DNA from: a virus
Taxonomy: Duplodnaviria > Caudoviricetes
Direction: 5' to 3' (one strand)
IMG/VR virus record: IMGVR_UViG_3300045957_000057
Span: 1 to 53,572 of that record
Length of the DNA stretch: 53,572 bases
Made by a program: the position numbers and the translations under genes. Below are positions 29,482-38,750 of this stretch, piece by piece (the first letter of the stretch is position 1; each line of letters starts with the position of its first letter). The notes under the pieces are model-generated. The model saw nothing but the letters and a program-made list of their open reading frames with translations. It made no database searches and had not been told where the DNA came from.

Positions 29482-30999
29482 GCCGAGTTGGAGCTCCAGC
29501 TCATCGAACCGAGAAAGATGAAGACGCTCAAGGCGGCCACGCACACCGAGCGAGAGCGGATCGCCGGACACATGTCGGCGTTCACCGTGCCGTTTGGGCA
29601 GCTCCGGCTCTCGACGAACGTCCGCCTGGAGGCCGACGCCGACGTGCTCGACCTCGCCGAGGACATCCGGACGAACGGGCTACTGCAGCCGATCGCTGTG
29701 CGACCGTACGGCGAAGACGCCGAGGGAGGCTCGGTCTTCGTCGTCGAAACTGGCGAGCGCCGGTACCACGCTCTGCGAGCGCTGCGATTCGAGTCGCACG
29801 ACCGAGTGCCAGTGCACGTGCTCGACCCGGTCGCCGGTGTCGACCGAGTCGTGCGACAGCACGCCGAGAACGCTCAGCGCAAGGATCTGACGCCGCTCGA
29901 CGAGGCCGAGACGCTGCGGCAGTTGACCGAGCTGCACGGACTCAAGATCCGAGATGCGGCGAAGCATCTCGGCATCGACCGCAACACAGCGTCTCGCCGG
30001 CTGCTGCTGCTCCGACTGCCGGACGAGGGGCGGCGCATGCTCGCCGCCGGCGAGTGGGAAGAGGTCGAGGGCGCGCAGCTCGTCGGTCGGCTCGTCCGCG
30101 ACAAGGCACCGGCCGAGCTTGTCGAGCAGCTGCTCGGAGCGACCCGGCATCGAGCACAGCGAGCGCTCGACAAGCACACCGTCGGCCGTGACCGAGACCG
30201 TGCGGTCGCTCAGCTGGAGACACGTGGCTTCGGCATCGTGACGAACCCGAAGAACGGGCCCGCTCCGGCCGGCCGCCGCACTCGCATCGGCCCGGAGATC
30301 GACCCGGAAAAGATCAAGCAGCTCGACCCCGACGACATCGACACCGTGCGAGATCCGGACGGCAAGCCGATCGTCTCCGTGCAGCTCTTCGACGGCGTGC
30401 ATCCGACGCTGATCATCAACCGGCTGGAGCTGACCGACACAGCGCCGAAGCTCGACGCTCCGTCGGCCGACAACGACGCACCGCTCGGCTACGCCATCAA
30501 GCAAGCCGGCCGAGAGGCCCAGATCGGTCGCCGTAGCGGTGAAGTCGTCGAGTGGATGCGCGGCCCCGGACCGGCCAGCACCGATGACGACGATCTGTGG
30601 GCCGCCGTCATGCAGACGCTTGTCAGCCGCTCGCACTTCATCGATCTGAAGTCGGTCGCCGACATCGCCGGCGTCGAGCCGGTGCTCGACGAGCACGGCA
30701 AGGTGCACTCGGAAGGCACCGCCCGCCGGTGGTACGACGAGTGCGACGGCACAGAGTGCCGGCGGATCTGTCTCGCGACCGTGCTGCTCATCGGCGCCAC
30801 GCACGTCGCGAGCCTCGAGGCCGGCGACATGCCCGGCCCGTCGCCGCTGCACGAGACGCTGTTCGCTCTCGTGCCGGATCTGTCGCCGGTCGCCGACGAG
30901 GCCGGCTTCCGTGCGCTGGCGATCGCCGCCGCGATCGCTCACGACGAGCAGCTGAGCAATGAGTCCAGCTCCGACGACAACGATGACGGCGACGAGTAG
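29470..30999 (+). CDS. parB: ParB/Spo0J-family protein
   Basis: GLLQPI.V, GERRYHA, EN.QRKDL.P.DEA, HTH. Confidence 0.85.
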   Translation: MTDQAELELQLIEPRKMKTLKAATHTERERIAGHMSAFTVPFGQLRLSTNVRLEADADVLDLAEDIRTNGLLQPIAVRPYGEDAEGGSVFVVETGERRYHALRALRFESHDRVPVHVLDPVAGVDRVVRQHAENAQRKDLTPLDEAETLRQLTELHGLKIRDAAKHLGIDRNTASRRLLLLRLPDEGRRMLAAGEWEEVEGAQLVGRLVRDKAPAELVEQLLGATRHRAQRALDKHTVGRDRDRAVAQLETRGFGIVTNPKNGPAPAGRRTRIGPEIDPEKIKQLDPDDIDTVRDPDGKPIVSVQLFDGVHPTLIINRLELTDTAPKLDAPSADNDAPLGYAIKQAGREAQIGRRSGEVVEWMRGPGPASTDDDDLWAAVMQTLVSRSHFIDLKSVADIAGVEPVLDEHGKVHSEGTARRWYDECDGTECRRICLATVLLIGATHVASLEAGDMPGPSPLHETLFALVPDLSPVADEAGFRALAIAAAIAHDEQLSNESSSDDNDDGDE

Positions 31000-31054
31000 T
31001 CTCGTCCGTACAGATGCTCTCGTCTCCGAGCGGCGGTGCGAGAGCCCTGTGCCA

Positions 31055-31095
31055 GTGCGCCGGCGCACGTCCCCGATGGATGTGCGCCGGCGCAC
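31055..31095. promoter_or_regulatory. Two perfect 14-bp palindromes GTGCGCCGGCGCAC (parS/operator candidate)
   Basis: At 31055-31068 and 31082-31095, just after parB and abutting -10 TACTGT. Confidence 0.55.
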
Positions 31096-31107
31096 TACTG
31101 TCTCCGA

Positions 31108-31308
31108 GTGCTCACGAGCGTATGCGCCCGAATCGGTTGCGACGAGCCCACAGATCGGGCATCACGGATCGTGGTGCGCTCCGACACCGGCAGTGACGGC
31201 ATCGAGCTGCTGCTGCCGGTCACGCTGTGCGACGGCTGCTCGATCTCGCTGGGGCTCGTCGAGCTACGTGCGTTCGTCCGCCGGCCCGGCGATCACCACG
31301 CCGAGTGA
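31108..31308 (+). CDS. Small Cys-containing protein
   Basis: GTG 6 nt after TACTGT. Confidence 0.45.
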   Translation: MLTSVCARIGCDEPTDRASRIVVRSDTGSDGIELLLPVTLCDGCSISLGLVELRAFVRRPGDHHAE

Positions 31309-31329
31309 CATCCGAGAATCGGTCGCCGG

Positions 31330-32085
31330 ATGAGCGGCCCCGTCGAACCGACGACGCTCGCCGAAGCGCATGCCGAGATCGACCGGCTACGCCGAGCGCT
31401 CCGGATGAACGGCGACGACCCGGATGTAGTCGTCATCACGTACGGCCGAGACAACGCCGCCGTCGAGCTGGTCACGGATCTGCTCGGCATCGTGCCGCCG
31501 GCCGAGTGGCGAACGCTTGCGCTCCGAGCGCTCGACCGAGATCTGCTCGGCGACGAAGAGTGGTGGGCCGCGCTGCAGCGCCGTCGCCGACGCATCGCCG
31601 GCCGACCGATCCGGCCCGGTGATCTGCCGTCGCTGTCGACGAGAGTCACCGTCGCTCATCAGCTGCTCATCGCCGACATCGCCTATCGGCACCGGCCGGA
31701 CAGCGAAGAGCCGGCAGACGCCGTCCGAACGGTCTCGGGCCGGATACGGCGTTACGAGTACACAGATGCCCGCCGGATCGCATACCGGCGATCTGAGGGC
31801 CGCTGCGAGGCCGACGGGCTGCATCACCGAGACTGCCCCGGCACGGTCGACAGTGCACGCTCGCCGGACACGTTCAGGACTCATCACATCTACCCGAGAG
31901 AGCGGGCGAAGCGTGACGGCATGCTCGACGATCCGCTGCTCGATCATCCGGGCAACCTGCTCGTCGTTTGGAACGGTCACACCGGGCTCGGCGCCGGAGG
32001 CTGTCATCGCCGCATCCACACCGAGCGGGCGCTCGCTCACGAGCTGGGGTATCTGCATCGAGATCTCGCTCACGTAGTACCGTGA
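31330..32085 (+). CDS. HNH endonuclease-domain protein
   Basis: C..C, HHIYP, NL, CH..IH in the C-terminal half. Confidence 0.75.
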   Translation: MSGPVEPTTLAEAHAEIDRLRRALRMNGDDPDVVVITYGRDNAAVELVTDLLGIVPPAEWRTLALRALDRDLLGDEEWWAALQRRRRRIAGRPIRPGDLPSLSTRVTVAHQLLIADIAYRHRPDSEEPADAVRTVSGRIRRYEYTDARRIAYRRSEGRCEADGLHHRDCPGTVDSARSPDTFRTHHIYPRERAKRDGMLDDPLLDHPGNLLVVWNGHTGLGAGGCHRRIHTERALAHELGYLHRDLAHVVP

Positions 32086-32125
32086 TCGACCGCAGTCATC
32101 CGAGACACAATCACTGGAGAACACC

Positions 32126-32407
32126 ATGCGACAGAAGATCAACGTCACCGGCTCTACCGTGATCGACGCCGGGCTCGAACTCGAGGACGATGCCGTGCTC
32201 GTCGTCGTCGGCCAGTGCTCACGAGACGGCGCTGTGCTGCAGCAGTCGGCCGGCCGAGTCGAAGTGCGCGGCATCAAGATGAACGACGCGATCCTCTTGA
32301 CCGGCGCCGAGGCGGCCGAGTGGCGGCAGCGGATCGCCGACGAGAACAACGACGCTGACGAGCATGTGATCAACGGCAACGGCGGTGACGAGCCCGCCGA
32401 CGGCTGA
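32126..32407 (+). CDS. Hypothetical protein
   Basis: GGAG RBS. Confidence 0.55.
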   Translation: MRQKINVTGSTVIDAGLELEDDAVLVVVGQCSRDGAVLQQSAGRVEVRGIKMNDAILLTGAEAAEWRQRIADENNDADEHVINGNGGDEPADG

Positions 32408-32891
32408 TGCACCGCCGCCCCCGCCGTGGCCCGGATCACGATGCACGAGCGACACGGTCGACCCCCGGATCTGGTTCTCGGACGAACCGGCCGACGTCGC
32501 CGAAGCTCGCTCGATCTGCGTGCTCTGCCCGGTCGTCGGCGTCTGCCGACAGTTCGGCCGCCGGCAAGCCGCCGGCGTGTGGGGCGGACTCACTCGCGAG
32601 CAGCGAGATCTCGCCGGTCTGACTCTCGGCGAGGCCGAGTTCTGCACCGTCTGCGGCGATCTTCTACCGGACGGTCACAGCTCAAGCATCTGCAGCGCCG
32701 CTTGCTACAGGCGCAAGTCGATCTCGACTCGGAAGCAAGCCCGAGTCGAGATCTCCGCGTCACGAGCGTGCGAGCGGTGCGAGTGCGCGATCTGGCCGCA
32801 GTCACGATCGTGTCTCGTCTGCGGTCACATCGTCGGCGCGGCGCTCCCGAATCGCCCATGGCCCCCGCCGACTAGGCTCGTTTCCGTATGA
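32385..32891 (+). CDS. whiB: WhiB-family Fe-S transcription regulator with extra Zn-finger-like C-terminus (start uncertain)
   Basis: C..D P..WF, A..IC..CPV...C, GVWGG motifs. Confidence 0.85.
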   Translation: MTSPPTADAPPPPPWPGSRCTSDTVDPRIWFSDEPADVAEARSICVLCPVVGVCRQFGRRQAAGVWGGLTREQRDLAGLTLGEAEFCTVCGDLLPDGHSSSICSAACYRRKSISTRKQARVEISASRACERCECAIWPQSRSCLVCGHIVGAALPNRPWPPPTRLVSV

Positions 32892-33220
32892 CGATCATCA
32901 CACTTGCCGAGTTCGCACAGCTGACCGCCGCCGGCATCGCTCTCGGCTGGCTGCTCACTGACGAGAATGCTCTGCTCTTCGCCCCGGCTGAGTGGGCACG
33001 GAAGCGGCTCGCACGCCGGCACAGCACCGTCAGCCGCTACATCGGCAAGCTGCTGTCGTGCGCCGTATGCATCGGCTTCTGGCCGCAGCTCGCTCTCGCC
33101 CGCTACTTCGCGCCGGACGGAGACACGGTGGAGCTCCTGACCGTCGCAGCCGGCGCTCTCGTCGTGCACGTCGCATGGCAGCTCGTCGCCGGCGCTCTGA
33201 TCGCAGCACGATTGAGGTAA
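32888..33220 (+). CDS. Membrane protein (DUF1360-like)
   Basis: LLSCAVCIGFW with flanking TM helices. Confidence 0.55.
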   Translation: MTIITLAEFAQLTAAGIALGWLLTDENALLFAPAEWARKRLARRHSTVSRYIGKLLSCAVCIGFWPQLALARYFAPDGDTVELLTVAAGALVVHVAWQLVAGALIAARLR

Positions 33221-33224
33221 CCCC

Positions 33225-34025
33225 ATGCCCGCTGTCCCGAACCAACCCGACCCGAACTTCGCCGGCGTCCGAAAGGCGACCGACCGGCTCAACAACGTGG
33301 AGACTCCGATGCTCGCCGCTGACATCCGCACCGAAGGACACGAGCAGATCGTGCTCGGCTGTGCCAGCTGCTCGGCGTACTCGCAGCAGCGAGTGACAGT
33401 GCCGAACTCCGTCGTGATGGACGCTCTCGCCGCTCCGTACGAGGACGAGAACGGCACACCGCTCGACGGCGAAGCGCTCGCCGAGCGCATGTTTCGAGAC
33501 GAGCGGATCACGGCGAAGACAAGCGCCGACCCGGTGCCGCATCCGCCGTCGTCTGACTGGCAGCCCCGGCATCTGATGCAGCGAGCGGTCGACATGACGA
33601 ACGCCGGGCTGATCCCGTTCTCGCCGTTCGGCTCGTTCGTCGTGCAAGACGGCATGCGTGACCGGCCGATCTTCGCCGAGTGGCAGAACCGGTATCTCGA
33701 CGAGCTGCCGTCGACGTCGACGCTGACGGTCGTCGAGACCGCTCCACCCGAGCTGCCGGCTGCCGAGCCGGTCAACGTCGCCGACATGCGACCGAGCGAT
33801 CTCGCTGCCGACCTCGAGGCCGGATGGGAAGCCGAGCACGCCGCGGCCGAGCCCGTCGACGAGCCGCCGGCCGACCCGTACCCGGCCGACGGCAACGCAC
33901 GAGCGATCAACCGGTGGGTGGGCGACGACCGCAACCGAGCCGCCGAAGCGCATCAGCGAGAGCTTGAGCGAGACCGGCCCCGCTCGACCGTCGTCAAGCA
34001 CACCGAGCAGCTGCTCGCACAGTGA
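33225..34025 (+). CDS. Hypothetical protein
   Basis: GAGG RBS; C-terminal E...ER.RPRSTV small helical module. Confidence 0.6.
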   Translation: MPAVPNQPDPNFAGVRKATDRLNNVETPMLAADIRTEGHEQIVLGCASCSAYSQQRVTVPNSVVMDALAAPYEDENGTPLDGEALAERMFRDERITAKTSADPVPHPPSSDWQPRHLMQRAVDMTNAGLIPFSPFGSFVVQDGMRDRPIFAEWQNRYLDELPSTSTLTVVETAPPELPAAEPVNVADMRPSDLAADLEAGWEAEHAAAEPVDEPPADPYPADGNARAINRWVGDDRNRAAEAHQRELERDRPRSTVVKHTEQLLAQ

Positions 34026-34274
34026 GCCGGTCATCTGCTCGGAAGCTGCGCCGGCGGCAGGCCGCTCAGCTCGAACGGTCCGGCGCTGATCTGACGAAGC
34101 TGCTGCCGGCACCGCCACAGCCGTCGTGGTGCCACTGGTGGAACCGTGACAAGTCGAAGTGGTACCGGCACGATCCGCGCATCGAGCAGCTGACTCGGCT
34201 GCTGATGACGTCCGCCGATCATCCGGATGTCGTCGCGATCTCGGCCGAGATCGAGCGAGTCGCCGGCGAGCGGC

Positions 34275-34343
34275 TTGTCAATCTAGAACCGGAGCACTAG
34301 TCTTGACGTTCTAAACCACTCCGAGCGAAGGGAAACCACTCCG
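34275..34343 (+). promoter_or_regulatory. Early promoter TTGTCA-17-TAGTCT with tandem operators and two AAACCACTCC boxes
   Basis: TAGAAC-N4-GCACTA at 34284-34299 and TAGTCT-N4-GTTCTA at 34298-34313. Confidence 0.75.
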
Positions 34344-34344
34344 C

Positions 34345-34461
34345 ATGATCTCCGACACCTCGACGAAGAACGACGCTCACACCGCCGCCGGCGTCGAGCT
34401 GCATCAGACTTTCGACGCGATGCTCGAACAGCTCGAAGCGACATACGATGCCGACGCTTGA
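34345..34461 (+). CDS. 38-aa acidic peptide (not in ORF track)
   Basis: MISDTSTK...ATYDADA*, first ORF after the promoter. Confidence 0.5.
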   Translation: MISDTSTKNDAHTAAGVELHQTFDAMLEQLEATYDADA

Positions 34462-34840
34462 CGGCAGCAGCCGCAGCTACACGTGCCGCTGCGGACACGA
34501 CGACGAACAGCACACCGACGGCGTCTGCACCGTCACCGACTGCTACTGCGGCCGAGACCCACTCGCCGGCCGGCCTCGAGAACGCTGCCGGTGGTGCTCA
34601 ACCGGCGCCGACATCGTCTGGTGCCGCACGCTGGCGAACTCGAAGCCGATACCGATCGAGCCGGACCCGAACCCGGCCGGCAACGTCGAGATCGTCGCCG
34701 CCGAGCGCGGCGTGCCGATCGTGCAGACGCACAAGGGGCCGCCGGGCATGTTCGACGAGTGGACTCCGTATATGCCGCATCACGCGACGTGCGATCAGAA
34801 GCTCGGATCACCGAGAAAGCAACCGAAGGGACAGCGATGA
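34448..34840 (+). CDS. Zn-finger-like protein
   Basis: Multiple CxC/CxxC; PHHATC. Confidence 0.6.
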   Translation: MPTLDGSSRSYTCRCGHDDEQHTDGVCTVTDCYCGRDPLAGRPRERCRWCSTGADIVWCRTLANSKPIPIEPDPNPAGNVEIVAAERGVPIVQTHKGPPGMFDEWTPYMPHHATCDQKLGSPRKQPKGQR

Positions 34841-34848
34841 CAGACCAA
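34825..34848 (+). repeat. 24-bp start-associated direct repeat, copy 2
   Basis: Identical to 29458-29481. Confidence 0.9.
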
Positions 34849-35766
34849 ACCGACCACCCACCGATGCCGCCGGGAGCGATCGAGACAACGGAGTTCCCGC
34901 CGCCGAAGCCGCTGCCGGCACCGGAGCCGGATCTCGACCCCGCTGCCGGTCTCGAAGGCGTCGAAGCCGTCGAAGCAGAGCGGGACACGATCGAGGCCGA
35001 GCGCGACACGCTCGCCGAAGAGGTCAAGCGGCTGATCGCCGAGAACGAGATGCTGCGCACCGAGGTCGACCGTCGAGCGGAGCGGGCGGCCGAGCTGTCG
35101 CAGCTGCTCTCGTCGGAGCAGACCGACGCCGAAGCGCAAGAGGGTCGAGCGGTGCAGGCCGAGCACCGCGAGCGGCAGGCCGACCGGACGATCGAGCGGC
35201 TACGGACCGAAGCCGCCGAGTGGCAAGCGCTCTCGACGCTCGTCTGCCGGATCGCCGTCGACGCCGACGGCGTGCTGCGAGTGCCGGGCACCGTCACCGA
35301 AGCCGGACACGAGGGCGACGACGACGAGGACCGGCAGCAGATCCGGGCGCTCGTCCGGAACAACCGCACGACGCTCTGGCGTGAGGTCCGGTACGGACAG
35401 ACCGGCGAGATCGCCGAAGCGATCGACGCGATCATGCGACTCCGACACCGACACCGACACGACGACACTGACGAGCCGGTCGTCGACGCCGAGATCCGCC
35501 CCTGGTGGGACGGAGAGGTCAACATCGACAACCGATTCAACGTCGAGACCGTCGCATGGGAGCCGGGCCGCGGGTGGTGCGTCCGTATCGGAGCCGTAGC
35601 GGACTTGACCAGCCCGCTCTGGTCGCTGCCGACGCTCGAAGCGCTGCAGCTCTCAGCGTGGATCGCTCTCCGAGCCATCGAGCAGGACGCAGCGATGACG
35701 CTCGACGATGCAGCGGTGATGCTCGCTCTCGTATGGGAGCACGACGCTGAAACGGTCGACGGATGA
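34837..35766 (+). CDS. Coiled-coil hypothetical protein
   Basis: ATGA overlap; heptad-rich. Confidence 0.6.
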   Translation: MTDQTDHPPMPPGAIETTEFPPPKPLPAPEPDLDPAAGLEGVEAVEAERDTIEAERDTLAEEVKRLIAENEMLRTEVDRRAERAAELSQLLSSEQTDAEAQEGRAVQAEHRERQADRTIERLRTEAAEWQALSTLVCRIAVDADGVLRVPGTVTEAGHEGDDDEDRQQIRALVRNNRTTLWREVRYGQTGEIAEAIDAIMRLRHRHRHDDTDEPVVDAEIRPWWDGEVNIDNRFNVETVAWEPGRGWCVRIGAVADLTSPLWSLPTLEALQLSAWIALRAIEQDAAMTLDDAAVMLALVWEHDAETVDG

Positions 35767-36470
35767 ACATCACCGGCGGCGAGTTCTTCGCATCACGCGA
35801 GCTGCGCTGGCTCACAAGCGCACGAGCCGGCAACGTCAGTTCGCTTATCACCGCAGACCAGCTCGACAAGATGCCCGAACCGCAGCGGCAGCTTATGACC
35901 GGCATCACGATCATCGACATCGCCGACAACCGCTGGCTCGTCTGCACCGACACACACCGGCTGCACGCCTTCCGCACGAGGCGGATCAACGGCGGCGGCC
36001 GGCCCGAACCAGGCCACTACCAGCCGTCGGACCGCCGCAACCGGTACGACCGCACCGAGCAGCTGTTCATACCGGAGCAGCTGACTCGCCTCGTCCGGCA
36101 AGCGCTCGAACCGCACACCGTCCGCCGGTTGGAGCTCCAGCTCTCCGGCGTCCGGTCACGGCTCCGGCCCTACGCTCACGCCGACGTCACGATCGTCGCT
36201 CACGCCGACGCCAACGGTCTCGACGTGCACGATCGACGCACCGGCGACCGCATCGAGTCAATCACATGCGCGCCACTGCTCGACCGCCGCCGAGAGATCA
36301 AGACAGCGGCGATCAACCTGACCGTGCTCTGGCCGGCGCTCGTGAACAATCGCATCAAGCAGCTGTCGGCGGCCGGCGACATGCAGCCGTTCATCAGCTC
36401 GACGTCGGAGCACATCGCTGTGATCATGCCGACACACGCACCGACCGCAGCAGCAGAGGCCGCCGCATGA
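35763..36470 (+). CDS. Truncated DNA polymerase III beta-clamp-like protein
   Basis: LVCTDTHRL (cf. DnaN vaTDGhRL) and C-terminal P...AVIMP. Confidence 0.5.
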   Translation: MNITGGEFFASRELRWLTSARAGNVSSLITADQLDKMPEPQRQLMTGITIIDIADNRWLVCTDTHRLHAFRTRRINGGGRPEPGHYQPSDRRNRYDRTEQLFIPEQLTRLVRQALEPHTVRRLELQLSGVRSRLRPYAHADVTIVAHADANGLDVHDRRTGDRIESITCAPLLDRRREIKTAAINLTVLWPALVNNRIKQLSAAGDMQPFISSTSEHIAVIMPTHAPTAAAEAAA

Positions 36471-36826
36471 GCACCGATGACACACCCGACAGCTCGATCG
36501 TCCGCTTCATCACACTCGGCCCCGACTCCGACGGCCGCTGGCACGTCTACGGCCAACCCCGCCCCGACGACGTCGACAATCCGCTCGCCGTCCGCAAGCA
36601 GTACAAGATCGGCACCGTCGCACCGGAGCACCCCGACGACATGCCCGCACACGTCGAGCAGCTGACACGACAGCACATCCGGCACGACTACTCGCTCGCC
36701 ACCGACGGCGGATGGCGACACTCGATGTCGAAGAGCGGCATGGCCGTCGACGACCTCATCGGAGCGTTCGACCGACAATCCGACTGGAGCATCCGACACA
36801 CAGCCGAGGAGGTGAACGACACATGA
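36467..36826 (+). CDS. Hypothetical protein
   Basis: ATGA overlap. Confidence 0.55.
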   Translation: MSTDDTPDSSIVRFITLGPDSDGRWHVYGQPRPDDVDNPLAVRKQYKIGTVAPEHPDDMPAHVEQLTRQHIRHDYSLATDGGWRHSMSKSGMAVDDLIGAFDRQSDWSIRHTAEEVNDT

Positions 36827-37084
36827 TCACGCAACGACCCGACCGCGCAGCGATCCGACAACAGCTTGGCCTCGAGGGCAACCTCGACGAGATCCGACGC
36901 CGCCGGTATCTACTGCTGCACGGCACGTGCGCCGCCGTCACCGCAGCCGCAGCGCTCATCAGCATCATCATCTGACCGAAGCTCACGAGCTACAGTCACC
37001 GACCGACACTGCCCCGGCATCCGAGACGCCGCCATCTCGGACATGTCCGGGGCGGTGCCGCGCCCCCGTGGCATCATGACCAGC

Positions 37085-37462
37085 ATGAGCAGCATGAGCA
37101 GCAGCATCGTCACCCGACTCCGCAGACGCTTCGGTCGACGCAGACGTACAGCGACCACCGTCACACCGATCGCTCTCCGACCCGTCCCACTCGACGCCGA
37201 CGGCAGCCGACAGCGGCACCCATCAGGCCAGCCGAGACTCTTCGAGCCGGACCCGTACGCCGTCAACGACCACCCGATGATGCCGTGCACCGCACGCCGA
37301 GACGACCTCGCCGGCGCCGAGCTGACCGTCGAGTTCTGCGATCCGCAGCGCGACACGCGCCCCAGAGCCGACATGAGCGTCTGCACATGCGACGTCTACC
37401 CTCCGCCGATCTGCGGCCGTCGCGGCTGTCACTTCCGTCGCGGCTGTCACGTCTGCGGATGA
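37085..37462 (+). CDS. Hypothetical Cys-rich protein; first gene of the modification/terminase operon
   Basis: ATG 7 nt after CATCAT (37072-37077). Confidence 0.45.
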   Translation: MSSMSSSIVTRLRRRFGRRRRTATTVTPIALRPVPLDADGSRQRHPSGQPRLFEPDPYAVNDHPMMPCTARRDDLAGAELTVEFCDPQRDTRPRADMSVCTCDVYPPPICGRRGCHFRRGCHVCG

Positions 37463-37986
37463 AGCAGCCGATCACGCCGGAAGAGCTGCACCGCTCACAC
37501 CGCTGGTTCAAGCTCGACGAACTCCGGCAGCTGCCCGGCAACCCGAACACCGGCGACGAGCAGTCGCTCACCGACTCGATCGACCAGTTCGGATGGTTCG
37601 ACGGCATCGTCGTCGCTGACGGCATCGTGCTCGCCGGCAACCACCGGCTGCAGCGAGCGCTCGACCGAGGCGAGGCCGGTCTGCCGGGATACGACTTGAC
37701 CGGCTTCGACGTGTCCGACGCCGAGCGCATGTCGATGGCGATCACGCACAACCGCACGACTCGGGCCGGTGTCGACGATCCGGAGCTGCTGCGAGCCGCC
37801 CTCGAGACCGTCGCCGTCGACGACCGGCAGCTCGCCGTCGTCGCTGTCGGCCCGGAGCTGGCAGACGACATGCTCGGCCCGGCCGTGGTCCCCGACTTCG
37901 CTCCGCTGCCGCCGGAGTCGCAGCCGAGACTCGACCGCCGCGAGCCGGTCGTCTGCCCGTCGTGCTCGCACTCGTTCCTGCCGTGA
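37459..37986 (+). CDS. ParB/Srx N-terminal-domain protein with C-terminal Zn ribbon
   Basis: NPN, SI.QFGW...IV, LAGNHR, CPSC.H.F. Confidence 0.75.
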   Translation: MKQPITPEELHRSHRWFKLDELRQLPGNPNTGDEQSLTDSIDQFGWFDGIVVADGIVLAGNHRLQRALDRGEAGLPGYDLTGFDVSDAERMSMAITHNRTTRAGVDDPELLRAALETVAVDDRQLAVVAVGPELADDMLGPAVVPDFAPLPPESQPRLDRREPVVCPSCSHSFLP

Positions 37987-38750
37987 CAGTCGTCGTCGCT
38001 CCGGTCGAGCACGACGCAGCGACGTTCGCCTGCCGGCACTGGCACTACAGCCGATGTGTGCCGGCCGGCAAGCTCATCAAGTACGGCGCCTGGGAGTCCG
38101 ACCGGTTCGTCGGTGTCGTGCTCTACGGCCGCGGCTCGAACAAGAACCTCGCGAAGTCGTTCGGCGTCGAGACGACCGAGATCTGCGAACTCGTCCGGAT
38201 CGCTCTCGACGAGCACGAGACACCGGTGACGCAGATCGTCGCCGAGACGCTGCGGCAGCTCCGGCAGTCGAACGGCGGGCTGCGTGTCTGCGTCAGCTAC
38301 GCCGACCCGGAGCAGCAGCACGTCGGTCGGATCTATCAAGCCGGCAACTGGACGTACCTCGGTCGGACCGAACCGGCTCAGGAGTACGTCGTCAACGGCG
38401 AGCGGATGCACGGCCGGTCACTGCGAGCGCTCCGCAACGCCTCACCGACCGACACTGCCGAGCACCGGAACGTCGTCAAGTGGGCGCAAGCAAACCTCGA
38501 TCCTGATGCTCGGATGGAGTTCGGCTCGTCGAAGCACCGGTACGCGATGCCGCTCGACAAGCCGATGCGGCGGGCGCTGCGCCGGCGAGCGCTGCCGTAT
38601 CCGGCGACGGTCGACGGCGGCGAACTCGTGCGGTCGGTTGCGCTAGAGTCCTCGGTCACAAGCGGTCGAGGGATCGACGGTGATCCGCCCGGCGTCCAGC
38701 GGGGAGGGGTGAGTTCAACTCTCGCCGACCGCTCGGAGAGCAGCCGATGA
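37983..38750 (+). CDS. mom: Mom-like (GNAT-fold) DNA adenine modification enzyme
   Basis: HYS, GV..YG, ELVR.A, VSYAD..Q.H.G.IYQA.NW.Y.G, KHRY motifs. Confidence 0.8.
   Translation: MTVVVAPVEHDAATFACRHWHYSRCVPAGKLIKYGAWESDRFVGVVLYGRGSNKNLAKSFGVETTEICELVRIALDEHETPVTQIVAETLRQLRQSNGGLRVCVSYADPEQQHVGRIYQAGNWTYLGRTEPAQEYVVNGERMHGRSLRALRNASPTDTAEHRNVVKWAQANLDPDARMEFGSSKHRYAMPLDKPMRRALRRRALPYPATVDGGELVRSVALESSVTSGRGIDGDPPGVQRGGVSSTLADRSESSR
38662..38733 (+). tRNA. Degenerate tRNA-Gly(TCC)-like RNA within the 3' end of the mom-like gene
   Basis: Acceptor GCGGTCG/CGACCGC + T73; D-arm GGATC/GATCC; anticodon loop CGTCCAG; T-arm GTGAG-TTCAACT-CTCGC; upstream -10 TAGAGT at 38644-38649. Confidence 0.75.

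Noticed and set aside
38662-38733. attP core or an ordinary translational tRNA
   Set aside because: No integrase found; the whole cloverleaf is present rather than a 3' half; U8 and U33 are lost
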